The translations under genes were made by a program, and so were the position numbers. From a virus (taxonomy: Duplodnaviria > Heunggongvirae > Uroviricota > Caudoviricetes), in IMG/VR virus record IMGVR_UViG_3300037280_000066, positions 1 through 54,060 of that record: DNA of 54,060 bases; one strand, 5' to 3'. Below the pieces are notes generated by a model. It was not told where the DNA came from, did no database searches, and saw only the letters and a program-made list of their open reading frames with translations. Shown here piece after piece: positions 37,237-49,347 of this stretch. Position 1 is the first letter of the stretch. Each line of letters opens with the position of its first letter.

Positions 37237-38394
37237 ATGTTAAAAGTTTTCGAAGGATTTAGTGGTGGTGGGGCTTGGTCTAAAGCATTGAAAAGATTAC
37301 ATATTCCATTTGAATTAGTAGGATTTTCAGAAATAGACCCATATGCCATTAAAGCATATTGTGCCTTACATAATGAATCAGAATCAAAAAATATAGGAGA
37401 TATAACAAAATTTCAAGGTGAAATTGAACCAACAGATATATTCTTCTATAGTCCACCATGTCAAAGTTATTCACTGGCAGGAAAGCAAGAAGGATTTGAA
37501 GACCCAAGAGGTGTACTATTTTTTGATGCTTTAAGACTTATCAAACAAAGCAAACCTAAATATTGTATCATGGAAAATGTTAAAGGGCTAACAACTAAAA
37601 AGTTTACATATGAGTTTAAAACAATGTTGGAATCCTTAGAAAAAGCAGGATACAACAATTATCATAAAATACTTAACGCAAAGGATTATGGAATTCCACA
37701 AAATAGGGAAAGAATTTTTATTGTAAGTATTCGTAAAGATGTTGATGATGGAAAGTTTGAATTCCCTACTCCTATTGCGTTAATTAAAACACTAACAGAC
37801 ATAATAGAACCTGATGCAGAATTACCTATTCTACACAACATTTACGGTGGCTTTAATGAAACAGAGCCTAGAATATTTAATGAGTATTCTCCCACAATCC
37901 GTACTTCATCAGGGGGAGGGCATATACCTTCCATATGTCTTAAAAATAGAGGTAAGATTGTTGAAAAGACTGATGGCGTAACTAGTTGCATAGATGCCAA
38001 TTATTGGAAAGGACTAGATAATCACGCTCAACGTACTGGTGTACTTGTGAAGGGCTGTAGTCTTAGAACTCGCAATTACAGAGGACAATCCCAAAAACTT
38101 GAAGTAAGGAAAGATGATTTATCTAACACACTAACCACAGTACAAAAAGACAGCATGTTAGCATTTTCAGATATTGAAATTAAACCATCTGAGAAGAAAT
38201 ACAAGGAAATAGATGGATATGTGGTTAGGACATTAACTACTCTTGAAACATTACGTTTAATGGATTATGATGATGAAGATTGGATTAAACTTAAAAAAAT
38301 CAAACTTTCAGACACCAGAATCTATAGACTATGTGGCAATAGTATTGTTATAAATGTAATATGTGAAATACTAAAAAAACTATTAAATTATTAG
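37237..38394 (+). CDS. DNA (cytosine-5) methyltransferase
   Basis: FSGGG, SEID, PPCQ, ENV, PQNRERIF, GNSI. Confidence 0.93.
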   Translation: MLKVFEGFSGGGAWSKALKRLHIPFELVGFSEIDPYAIKAYCALHNESESKNIGDITKFQGEIEPTDIFFYSPPCQSYSLAGKQEGFEDPRGVLFFDALRLIKQSKPKYCIMENVKGLTTKKFTYEFKTMLESLEKAGYNNYHKILNAKDYGIPQNRERIFIVSIRKDVDDGKFEFPTPIALIKTLTDIIEPDAELPILHNIYGGFNETEPRIFNEYSPTIRTSSGGGHIPSICLKNRGKIVEKTDGVTSCIDANYWKGLDNHAQRTGVLVKGCSLRTRNYRGQSQKLEVRKDDLSNTLTTVQKDSMLAFSDIEIKPSEKKYKEIDGYVVRTLTTLETLRLMDYDDEDWIKLKKIKLSDTRIYRLCGNSIVINVICEILKKLLNY

Positions 38395-38407
38395 GAGGAT
38401 GAAGAGA

Positions 38408-38998
38408 ATGAGTATTAATTTATCAAAAGGACAAAAGATTGACTTAACAAAAACTAACCCAACACTAAACAAAATGTTTGTAGGGTTAGGATGGGACACA
38501 AATAAGTATTGTGGTGGTGGAGACTTTGACCTAGATGCATCCATATTTATGGCTGATGAAAATGGCAAAGTAACAAAGGATAGTAATTTTATATTCTATA
38601 ATAACCCAACTGATGAAGCAGGTTCAGTAAAACATAGTGGTGACAATAAAACAGGTAATGATAGTGCTTCTGGTAGTAAAGATGATGAAGTTATTCAAAT
38701 TACATTATCAAAAGTTCCTGCTGATGTTGCTAAAATTGCGTTTGTAGTAACAATTCATGAAGCACATGCAAGAAATCAAAACTTTGGTATGGTATCTAAT
38801 GCTTTCATTCGTTTAGTTGATGAAGCTACAGGCACAGAGTTAATGAGATTTGACCTTGGCGAAGACTTCTCAATTGAAACTGCTATTGTTGCAGGAGAGC
38901 TTTACAGAAATGGTGTAGAATGGAAATTCCATGCAATTGGAGCAGGACACCATGGTGGTTTAGATGTATTTTGCAAAGAATATGGCTTAATGGTTTAA
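38408..38998 (+). CDS. terD: TerD-family protein
   Basis: INLSKGQKIDL, GLGWD, FDLDAS, FYNN, GDN.TG, QNFG.V, WKF.AIG. Confidence 0.92.
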   Translation: MSINLSKGQKIDLTKTNPTLNKMFVGLGWDTNKYCGGGDFDLDASIFMADENGKVTKDSNFIFYNNPTDEAGSVKHSGDNKTGNDSASGSKDDEVIQITLSKVPADVAKIAFVVTIHEAHARNQNFGMVSNAFIRLVDEATGTELMRFDLGEDFSIETAIVAGELYRNGVEWKFHAIGAGHHGGLDVFCKEYGLMV

Positions 38999-39036
38999 TG
39001 ACCAAGTAACAAGACCAAGTAACATGACCAAGTAAG
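38998..39036 (+). repeat. Three tandem 13-bp repeats AWGACCAAGTAAS
   Basis: ATGACCAAGTAAC AAGACCAAGTAAC ATGACCAAGTAAG. Confidence 0.9.
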
Positions 39037-39076
39037 AACAAAATATAAAATAATTTTACAAGGAGATTAAAATAAG

Positions 39077-39796
39077 ATGGATTTCTTAAGTGGTTTTAGT
39101 GGTTTTTCATGGGCATCATTAGTTGAAATTCTTACAAGTGCTACAGGTTGGGGAATGATATTTTCCCTAGTAATTCTTGAAGGTCTATTATCAACAGACA
39201 ATGCAATGGTATTGGCAGTAATGGTTGAACATTTGCCAGAAAAACAAAGAAAGAGAGCCTTGATATATGGATTATGGGGAGCATATGGATTTAGATTCCT
39301 TGCAATAGGATTCTTAACAATACTTGTTAAACTATCATTCATCAAAATTCTTGGAGCAGGATACTTAGCATACTTAACAATCATGCACTTTGTAAAAGAT
39401 GAAGATGAACAAGCTAAAAAGTTAAATTATGGCTTCTGGAAAACAGTTATGATGGTAGAAGTAATGGATGTAGTGTTTAGTGCAGATTCAATTTTAGCAT
39501 CTCTGGCTGTTTCAGATAAAGTTTGGATATTATTAATTGGTGGAATGTTAGGAATACTTATGATGCGTGGTGTTGCACAACTATTTATAAAGATTATGGA
39601 AAAAGTACCTGAGTTTAAAGATACAGCATATGTCATAATTGGTTTCATAGCATTTAAAATGGGATTAGCAATTTTTGAAATCCACATGCCAGAATCAGTA
39701 TTTATAGGTGTTATGGCAGTATTGTTGGGTGGAACAGTTGCATTAAATAAATATAAAGCAAACAAGCAATCTAAAATAGTCAAAACTGCTGTTTAA
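39077..39796 (+). CDS. terC: TerC-family membrane protein
   Basis: LEGLLSTDNAMVLA, GAYGFR, DVVFSADSILA, GILMMR. Confidence 0.9.
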   Translation: MDFLSGFSGFSWASLVEILTSATGWGMIFSLVILEGLLSTDNAMVLAVMVEHLPEKQRKRALIYGLWGAYGFRFLAIGFLTILVKLSFIKILGAGYLAYLTIMHFVKDEDEQAKKLNYGFWKTVMMVEVMDVVFSADSILASLAVSDKVWILLIGGMLGILMMRGVAQLFIKIMEKVPEFKDTAYVIIGFIAFKMGLAIFEIHMPESVFIGVMAVLLGGTVALNKYKANKQSKIVKTAV

Positions 39797-39847
39797 TCAG
39801 CAGTTTTACATAAAAAAATATAATTTAAAGAGAGAAGGTATTACACA

Positions 39848-40702
39848 ATGTCAAAGCAAAATATGATTACACCACAGGATATTATGGAAATGGTAGTTGA
39901 CACTCAATATGTAAAACTTGGGGAAAAGACTACAGTATGTTGCCTGATTTTAGAAAATGGATTTGAAATTGTAGGAACAAGTTTCTGTATTGACCCTAAA
40001 GATTTTAATGAACTTATGGGACAAGAAATGGCTTTTGGTAAAGCAATAGATGAAGCTAGAAGGTTAGAAGCTTATTTCATCACTTGCTTAAATGCAGAAA
40101 TTGATGCAATGGAAGACAAAATTGCAGGTGGCTGTGATTGTGGTTGTGAATGTATGGATGAACAAGAACATGATTGTGACTGTGATTGTGAAGACTGCGA
40201 AGATATGAATGGTGACCCTTGGTTAGAAGAATATGATGGCGATGATTTGTTTGATTGTGGTTGCGATGAAAATTGTGATTGTGATGAACATGATGATTGC
40301 GATGGAGATGAAATTAGCCAAACAGGAGATATTGAAGATTGTCTTTGCTATGGTTGTTCTAATCCTTGTGAAGATAGTGAGTGCAAAAATGGCTGTCCTA
40401 ACGTAGACTGTGACCAAAATGAAGAACATGACTTCCAAGGTTATGAAGATGATGGTACAGAGGATTACTCAGAAGACACAGCAGAACAGGCTCAAGAAGA
40501 AGTAACATTGGAAAGCATTGTTGCTAAGAAGCAAGCACAAACATTATCACGCTTAAAGATGCTTCATGATAATTACACACCAGAGCAAATCTCAGAGATG
40601 AAAGAAATGGCATTGGATAAATTAATATTTGTTTTTGCTAGTATTAATCCAGTAATGTCTTTCGAACAATTGAAAGCTCTGGCAAAATCTATCATAGGTT
40701 AA
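39848..40702 (+). CDS. Gp49-like N-terminal domain fused to a Cys/Asp/Glu-rich tract
   Basis: TTVCCLILENGFEIVG.S.C.DP..F...G..A; then many CxC/CxxC motifs in an acidic context. Confidence 0.7.
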   Translation: MSKQNMITPQDIMEMVVDTQYVKLGEKTTVCCLILENGFEIVGTSFCIDPKDFNELMGQEMAFGKAIDEARRLEAYFITCLNAEIDAMEDKIAGGCDCGCECMDEQEHDCDCDCEDCEDMNGDPWLEEYDGDDLFDCGCDENCDCDEHDDCDGDEISQTGDIEDCLCYGCSNPCEDSECKNGCPNVDCDQNEEHDFQGYEDDGTEDYSEDTAEQAQEEVTLESIVAKKQAQTLSRLKMLHDNYTPEQISEMKEMALDKLIFVFASINPVMSFEQLKALAKSIIG

Positions 40703-41191
40703 TAATTGCTATATGTCGTACATATAATGCAAAAAAGACCTTGACAAAAATTTCATATGTGATACAATTTATAGGGATGCTAATAAAAAGTATCCCTATA
40801 AATTTTAAGGAGGTTGCAACATGAGAACTAAAGACGAGTTTGCACCAATCCCAAAATGCATGACCTGCACCGAATCATGCAAAAAATACATAAATGTTAT
40901 TATACTCCATGCTTTTGAAACAGGTGATGCTTATCTAATATGTCCTAGATTCAATAAAATTAAAGAGCCTAAGACAGGGAAGAAAGGAGTCAAGTCATGA
41001 AATATGGTAAATTGATATTTAAGGAGATGGAACTGAAACAAAAGTCTGGAAAACAACAAGTAGTTTTTAGTAAAGATGAATGGGAAAAGTTCTTGACAGA
41101 AACAGGTGTAGGTGTTATACTGGTTGTATTGATAGTATCAGTTATAGCATTTTTTGCAGGAATGGGTTTAGAATACCTTATATTAAAATAA

Positions 41192-43174
<1,983 letters not shown>

Positions 43175-43216
43175 AAGGTATTTATATATGAAATAAAATA
43201 AATTACCATAAAACAC

Positions 43217-43282
43217 TTGACATTTTCACCCCTTTAGTTTATACTAAAAAGGTAGCCAATCTTAAATATAAAGGGGTGAAAA
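43217..43282 (+). promoter_or_regulatory. Promoter with a 14-bp inverted repeat pairing the spacer with the downstream RBS
   Basis: TTGACA-N17-TATACT; TTTTCACCCCTTTA (43223-43236) / TAAAGGGGTGAAAA (43269-43282). Confidence 0.8.
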
Positions 43283-43283
43283 A

Positions 43284-44246
43284 TTGATTAGTAAAAAAGT
43301 TAATAAGATTACAGCGAAGGGGGTAACAGTTAATCAAAGCAATGCGAAAAAGAAAACAAAAATGTTTCACATTTGCACTTGGTCATTCATACTACTAGTA
43401 GCGTTTTGTCAAATCAAATTATCTTTATACCAAGTCAAGAACGATTTTGGAAACATGACAGAAGTGCAGAAAGGTATCGCTAAAAACATTTTAGGTGAAG
43501 AGGATTATGCTAAATTTGCATGTGCTGAAAGTGATGCATTGGAGTCAAAAGTTCTTAATAAACCAGAAGTTTCTAGAGGGGATGCCAGACCAACACAAGC
43601 ACCAATTCAAGTTTCTACAACTCCTGCTAATGTGGTTGAATTACCAGATGCAGGTGTCAGTAACACAGAAGTAATGTCAACAGGAAAACTTAAAGTTCCT
43701 AATAAAATAGTAGATGCTATAGTAAAAACATCTAATATTGTTGGGTTAGACCCAAAGTTAGGAAAGACACTAGTACATACAGAAAGTGGTTATGACCCAA
43801 AATGTACTTGTGTAAACAAAGGTTACAAGGATAGAAAAGGTGTTTGGCATGATGGTTCTACAGATTATGGCTTAACTCAAGTTAATAACAGAGGTGGAGT
43901 AATTGGAGATTATTTAGGTAAAAAAGTAGACTTAGCAGATGGTAGAAAACAAGTTGAGGTTACTGAATCTAATTACAAAACAGACATGTATGTTAACTTA
44001 GCAATTGGACTAGCAAGTTATAAACATTACTTAACAGATTATTCTGATGGTAACCCATTTATATCTTACGCTTGTTACAATGCAGGAGAAGGTACAGCAT
44101 CAGTATTCAACAGTAATGACAAATCTGAATTATCTTTAAACAGTACTTGCAATATACTTGCAGACACTGGAAAACTTGCGTTTATACAAGCGAGTAGAAA
44201 TACTAGAAATAATTTTGGAGAAAAGTATAAACTTTACTTCAACTAA
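43284..44246 (+). CDS. Membrane-anchored SLT-type lytic transglycosylase
   Basis: N-terminal hydrophobic segment; TESG, GLTQ, YNAG motifs. Confidence 0.75.
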   Translation: MISKKVNKITAKGVTVNQSNAKKKTKMFHICTWSFILLVAFCQIKLSLYQVKNDFGNMTEVQKGIAKNILGEEDYAKFACAESDALESKVLNKPEVSRGDARPTQAPIQVSTTPANVVELPDAGVSNTEVMSTGKLKVPNKIVDAIVKTSNIVGLDPKLGKTLVHTESGYDPKCTCVNKGYKDRKGVWHDGSTDYGLTQVNNRGGVIGDYLGKKVDLADGRKQVEVTESNYKTDMYVNLAIGLASYKHYLTDYSDGNPFISYACYNAGEGTASVFNSNDKSELSLNSTCNILADTGKLAFIQASRNTRNNFGEKYKLYFN

Positions 44247-44541
44247 GAACAAAGGAGATGCTATGTTAATATTAATAGGTACTATTGCAGACTTAGCACT
44301 CCTTTACTTCTTAGTAAAGGGTTGGATGGCTAAGTGGAAACAAGAAAAAATTAAATGGGAACAATTAAAAACAAAATAAATCAATGGAGGTAAATGGTTA
44401 TGGCAAAGAAAGGTGGAACTTTCTCAAAATTCAATTGCATCCAATGCGAGGTTTGTGGTGAAAACACTAACTCAAAGGCTACAACTACAGTGGGAGAAAC
44501 TAAATGTTGCAGTAATTGCACAAATCTATTAAAGAAGGAGG

Positions 44542-45027
44542 TTGCAAGAAATGAGAGAAATAGTTCAACAGTTAATAAAAGTGATTCAAAATGGTGAAAT
44601 AGCAATTCGTAATCTAGTGGATATTGATTCTGAAATGAGTTCTATTTTTAAAATGTTTCCACTAATGAGCATTAACGAGAAAAAAGAAGCTATCAAACGC
44701 TATGAAGAGCTAGGAAGAGCTAAACCAACATGGCATGGTCAAATCGACCTAGTTAAGGAATTTTTGGGTAATACCATGAGTGACTTAGCAAAACTTAAAA
44801 ATGGTTGGTTTGAAAACAAGTCAGAAGCCCATAAACTCAAGAAGTTATACAAAATGATGGAAAATGAGTTTGAAGCTGATGATGAAGTGCAAGGAGAAGA
44901 ACCTGTATTTGGTAGGGTTGAACCTTCCATGACTGAGGATGCCAAGGCAACATTGAAAAATGACATTCAAGCAATTCAAGAAGAAAAGAAAGAAGCAAAC
45001 AAAATACAAAATACAAATAAAAAGTGA
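44542..45027 (+). CDS. Hypothetical protein
   Basis: AAGGAGG RBS; helical composition. Confidence 0.55.
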   Translation: MQEMREIVQQLIKVIQNGEIAIRNLVDIDSEMSSIFKMFPLMSINEKKEAIKRYEELGRAKPTWHGQIDLVKEFLGNTMSDLAKLKNGWFENKSEAHKLKKLYKMMENEFEADDEVQGEEPVFGRVEPSMTEDAKATLKNDIQAIQEEKKEANKIQNTNKK

Positions 45028-45541
45028 GGTTACATACTATGAGTTTAAAAAGCAAACTGAAAGGCAAAGTAAAAGTTATTTTGTACAAGATTTTAAAGAA
45101 AGAAATGCCAGTAATTGAATTAACATCTGCAATGATGATTGTGAAAGCAAATGCTATTGTAGATGGTGCATTATCAATGTTCACAACAGCAATTAAAGAA
45201 GTTGAAAATGCAAATGCAATATTGGCAGAAACAGATGTAAAGAATGATGTTAAGAAAAAGTCTTTACAGGATGAAATGGACAGAGTATTGGCAGAGCAAG
45301 AAAAATCTGCTGTAGCACAAAAAGCAAACTTAGCACTAAAAGAAAAACTATCCCAATTCGCTATTAAATAAGGAGGAAACACAATGAAACTTTTATTAGA
45401 CTTAGTTATTCTATTCATATTATTCATGCTTTTAACAGATGGTAGTATGACAATCAAGACCAGATTCTTCACTTGGGAATGGTCAGTTGAGAAATTGAAA
45501 TTAGCAGTATCAAATTTATTCAAAAAGGGGACTAGATAATC

Positions 45542-46432
45542 ATGGGATTATTAGATTTTTTCAAGAGCAAACCTGCACAGGGAACAGCACAAGCAGTATC
45601 ACAATCAGTGCCAGTACCACAGCCACAGTTTGAAATGACTACAACTAATACACCTCCACAAAAGATTAATCTTTCAAAGATTAATCTTGTGAAATCAAGA
45701 GAAGTTAAAGTTGGTATCAATCTAAGCAAGAAATCAAATGAACCAATAACAGCTAATGTAGTATTTGTTCTTGATGTATCTGGTAGTATGCAGGGTGAAT
45801 TTAGTAATAGCAGACAAAATCCAGATTCTAGAGTTCAAGAAATACTTGAAAGAATTTACCCAATTGCAATGCATATGACTAAGAATTTGCCAGTCAGAGA
45901 AGAATTAGATTGTTATCTATTCTCAAGCAAAGTTAGTGATAAATTGCCAAAAGTAAACATGAATAACTTTGGAACTTATGTTGTAGATGTTATCCTAGCC
46001 CCAAAAGCAGACCATAGAACAGTATTGTGGGGAGGTACAAGTTACGCTCCTGCAATGAGTGCAATATACAAGGCTTATAAGAATTCATCTGTGCCAACAT
46101 ATGTTATATTCATTACTGATGGAGATAACAGTGACCATGGACAGTCTGAAAGAGTAGTAATTGATTCTTCAAGCACTAACATCTTCTGGCAGTTTGTAGG
46201 AATTGGCAATAGTTCATTCTCCTTCCTAGAAGGACTTGACAATATGCCAGTAGTACAAGACCAAAGGATGATTCAAAACTTAGATACAAGCAAAGGTAGA
46301 GTTGTAGATAACGCAAACTTCTTCCAATTAAATGATATCATGTCTGTTTCAGATGATGAATTATACAAGAGAATTCTTAATGAGTTCCCTGATTGGATAA
46401 AGAAAGCAAAAGCCATCGGAATTGTAAAGTAA
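45542..46432 (+). CDS. vWA protein of the TerF-associated type
   Basis: LDVSGSM, GGTSYAPAM, FITDG, IFWQFVGIG, DNANFF, EFP.W. Confidence 0.82.
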   Translation: MGLLDFFKSKPAQGTAQAVSQSVPVPQPQFEMTTTNTPPQKINLSKINLVKSREVKVGINLSKKSNEPITANVVFVLDVSGSMQGEFSNSRQNPDSRVQEILERIYPIAMHMTKNLPVREELDCYLFSSKVSDKLPKVNMNNFGTYVVDVILAPKADHRTVLWGGTSYAPAMSAIYKAYKNSSVPTYVIFITDGDNSDHGQSERVVIDSSSTNIFWQFVGIGNSSFSFLEGLDNMPVVQDQRMIQNLDTSKGRVVDNANFFQLNDIMSVSDDELYKRILNEFPDWIKKAKAIGIVK

Positions 46433-46445
46433 TAAATAAGAATAT

Positions 46446-46478
46446 GGAGGGGTTAGATAATAGCCCTTCCTTATTTTT
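46446..46478 (+). terminator. Rho-independent terminator
   Basis: GGAGGGGTTA/TAGCCCTTCC followed by TTATTTTT. Confidence 0.7.
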
Positions 46479-46554
46479 ACCATTTGTCAAGAGTTTATAA
46501 AATAAGTTCTTGACAAAGTGTAAAAATAATATATAATAGAATTAGGAGGTTTAT

Positions 46555-47649
46555 ATGAAAACATATGTTGACAAAAAAAACAAATTCATCGAAATGTTTG
46601 ATGAAAAAACTGGATTCTACATAAGGTCAGGAATAATTGAAAATGGTAAAGATACTGGTGTTGACCCTTTTATGAGAAATTTCCCACAACTAATAGATAT
46701 TGGTATCATGGGAAGTTGTGTTCATGGCTCAAAAGGGCTGTGTATTAAAGGTGGAGTTGAATGTTATCAGAATGGCTTTGGCATGAAAAGACCTAATATG
46801 TCATTGGATAATTTCAAGTCTATTGTGGAAGAATGTAAAGATAAGACTTTTCAATTTGCTCTTGGTGGCAGGGGTGATGTAGACCAACATGAAAACTTTG
46901 AAGAAATTCTAAGTTATTGTAGAGAAAAGGAGATTGTTCCTAACTTCACATCATCTGGTTTAGGATTCACACCAGAGATAGTTGATATCTGTAAGAAGTA
47001 TTGTGGAGCTGTTGCTATTAGTTGGTATAGGCAATCACATACATATGGAGCAATTAGCATGTTGCTAAATGCAGGAATCAAAACAAACATACATTATGTT
47101 CTTGGTAATAATAGTATTGATGAAGCAATTGAAAGATTGACTAATAATCATGAGAAGAAGGATAATTCTTTTCCAGAAGGAGTCAATGCTGTAATTTTTC
47201 TTTTACATAAGCCAGTTGGTCTAGGTACTGAGGATAATGTACTTACAGCAAATGATGAAAAAGTCAAGAGGTTTTTTGAATTGGTGGATAATGGCAAGTT
47301 CAGTTTTAAAATTGGATTTGACAGTTGTAATATCCCTGCTATTCTAAACTTCAATAAAAATATTGTTAAAGAAAGCATTGACACTTGTGAAGCAGGAAGA
47401 CATTCTATGTACATAACATCTGAAATGATTGCTATCCCTTGTAGTTTTGATAATCAAGACCTTAGATGGGGATATGACCTCAAAACAGGTTCTATTCAAG
47501 AATGTTGGAATAGTCCACAATTCAATGACTTTAGAAGTCACTTTAAAACCTCATGTCTATCTTGTAAGGATAGATTAGAATGTCTTGGGGGATGCCCAAT
47601 TAGAAGACAAATTGTTCTCTGTGAAAGACCTGAAAAGGATTTAAAATAG
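46555..47649 (+). CDS. Radical SAM/SPASM domain protein
   Basis: Atypical Cx7Cx6CY, ALGGRG; C-terminal CEAG, PCSF, CxxCx5CxGGC. Confidence 0.82.
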   Translation: MKTYVDKKNKFIEMFDEKTGFYIRSGIIENGKDTGVDPFMRNFPQLIDIGIMGSCVHGSKGLCIKGGVECYQNGFGMKRPNMSLDNFKSIVEECKDKTFQFALGGRGDVDQHENFEEILSYCREKEIVPNFTSSGLGFTPEIVDICKKYCGAVAISWYRQSHTYGAISMLLNAGIKTNIHYVLGNNSIDEAIERLTNNHEKKDNSFPEGVNAVIFLLHKPVGLGTEDNVLTANDEKVKRFFELVDNGKFSFKIGFDSCNIPAILNFNKNIVKESIDTCEAGRHSMYITSEMIAIPCSFDNQDLRWGYDLKTGSIQECWNSPQFNDFRSHFKTSCLSCKDRLECLGGCPIRRQIVLCERPEKDLK

Positions 47650-47661
47650 AAGGAGGTATGT

Positions 47662-48021
47662 ATGGATAAAGTTAACTTTATAGCAAAATGCAGATATCTT
47701 GCATGGCAATGTTATCAAAGGGGAGCAGGGATAGACTCTAATGAGTTAACAACAGACCAATTAGAAAGTCTATGTGATGGAGTAGAATTTATATTAAAAC
47801 ATCCTAATGCAACAGCAGAAGAAAATCACATTAATTGGATGAATTGTAAACTATCACAAGGTTGGGTTTATGGAGAAGAAAAAGATTTAATAAAGAAAAC
47901 ACATCCAAGTTTAATCCCATTCAATGAATTGTCAAAATTTGAAGCTGATAAAGATATTATGGATGCTCAAATGACATTAGGATTTGAAAAAATTTGGAAT
48001 GAATTGCAAGGAGGTAAGTAA
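47662..48021 (+). CDS. RyR-domain protein
   Basis: EENH.NW...K...GWVYG...K.HP.L.PF.EL...E..KD. Confidence 0.8.
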   Translation: MDKVNFIAKCRYLAWQCYQRGAGIDSNELTTDQLESLCDGVEFILKHPNATAEENHINWMNCKLSQGWVYGEEKDLIKKTHPSLIPFNELSKFEADKDIMDAQMTLGFEKIWNELQGGK

Positions 48022-48377
48022 TGCAACACATGTTTTATTGTCCCAACTGCAAAACTCTAGAAACCAAAGATATTTCTTATACAGAAAGGGAATATATTTT
48101 CACCAATTGCAGGGATGGCTATGGGAGTTTTATTCACAATGTTATTTGTAAGACTTGTAATTACCCTTTAGCAGGAATTGTATATGTTAGAAATAAAATT
48201 GATGAAGGTGATATTGATTATTACAAATCAGTTATGACTGCATATCAAAATGGTGAATTTGCAGAAAAAAATGATATGTTACAAGCAATTGAAGACAGAT
48301 ATCAAGAAAGAGTTGATTCAGCATTAAAAATTGTAAACTTCTGCAAACAATTTAAGGAGAAAGGAGAGCCTACATAA
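48021..48377 (+). CDS. Hypothetical zinc-ribbon protein
   Basis: CPNC...CKTC. Confidence 0.55.
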   Translation: MQHMFYCPNCKTLETKDISYTEREYIFTNCRDGYGSFIHNVICKTCNYPLAGIVYVRNKIDEGDIDYYKSVMTAYQNGEFAEKNDMLQAIEDRYQERVDSALKIVNFCKQFKEKGEPT

Positions 48378-48958
48378 TGAAAATGAGAAAAGACTTTGTA
48401 ACAAATTCATCAAGCTCAAGTTATGTGTGTGATATCTGTAGCAGTAGTGAATCTGGTTGGGATATGGGATTAAGCGAAGCAGAAATGTTTCAATGTGTTA
48501 ATGGTCATACATTCCATGAGAGTTGTGGTAATGATTTACCAAATGGAAAAACAATGTTGATAGCATGTATCACCAATAAAATTGCTGACATTACTGAAAG
48601 CACATATTACACATCAGAACAAATAGCAGAAAGACTTCTTGAGGAAACTACATTATTAGCGAAAGTTAATGATAACAATGATGAAGATAATGATGATTAC
48701 ATGGATGATGATGATATGTTGAGCATGGCTTATGATGATTATGAATTAAGATATTCAATGCCATCATCAGTATGTCCTATCTGTTCATTTGGTGTGGCTC
48801 AAGATTCAGACATTGCAAGTTACTTGTTGACTATTACAGGTCAAACTAAAGAAACAGTAGTGGCTGAAATGAAGGAGAAGTTTGGTTCATATGAAGCTTT
48901 CTCACAATTCATTGCAGGTAAGATGGCAGAGGTTGAATCAGAAGAGGTTAAAGAATAG
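48377..48958 (+). CDS. Protein with N-terminal MKxRxDFVTNSSSSS motif and Cys clusters
   Basis: MKMRKDFVTNSSSSSYVCDIC. Confidence 0.7.
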   Translation: MKMRKDFVTNSSSSSYVCDICSSSESGWDMGLSEAEMFQCVNGHTFHESCGNDLPNGKTMLIACITNKIADITESTYYTSEQIAERLLEETTLLAKVNDNNDEDNDDYMDDDDMLSMAYDDYELRYSMPSSVCPICSFGVAQDSDIASYLLTITGQTKETVVAEMKEKFGSYEAFSQFIAGKMAEVESEEVKE

Positions 48959-49017
48959 GATAAATAATATAATATTGGCAGGTAATATTACTATATATTA
49001 TCTGCCAATATAACTCC

Positions 49018-49046
49018 TTGACATAACCGAGTTGGTGTGTTATAAT
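49018..49046 (+). promoter_or_regulatory. SigA-type promoter following a hairpin at 48972-49011
   Basis: TTGACA-N17-TATAAT. Confidence 0.8.
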
Positions 49047-49347
49047 GAGATAAGTGAGGTATTAAATTATGAGAAAGAAGGATGGAGTTTTTAAGAGATT
49101 ATTAAAGTTTTTATTAGTATCTACTGTATACATATTTGGTATCTGCTATATCTCATTCACATATAATACATCTACAATTTTCAATATGTTATGGTATAAA
49201 TTTTTCAAATCAGTCGGTTTTTAACTATCTAGTATAACCAATAATAAAAAAGATATTCATAAAACTTGTTGACAAAGAAAAAATGATATGATAGAATAAA
49301 TCTTGTTGGTAAACAAAATAAAATTAAAAAATGGAGGAAAACAATCT

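Noticed and set aside
44837-45523. 228-aa minus-strand ORF and the other minus-strand ORFs
   Set aside because: They are antisense shadows of + strand genes with good RBSs and have no recognisable motifs.
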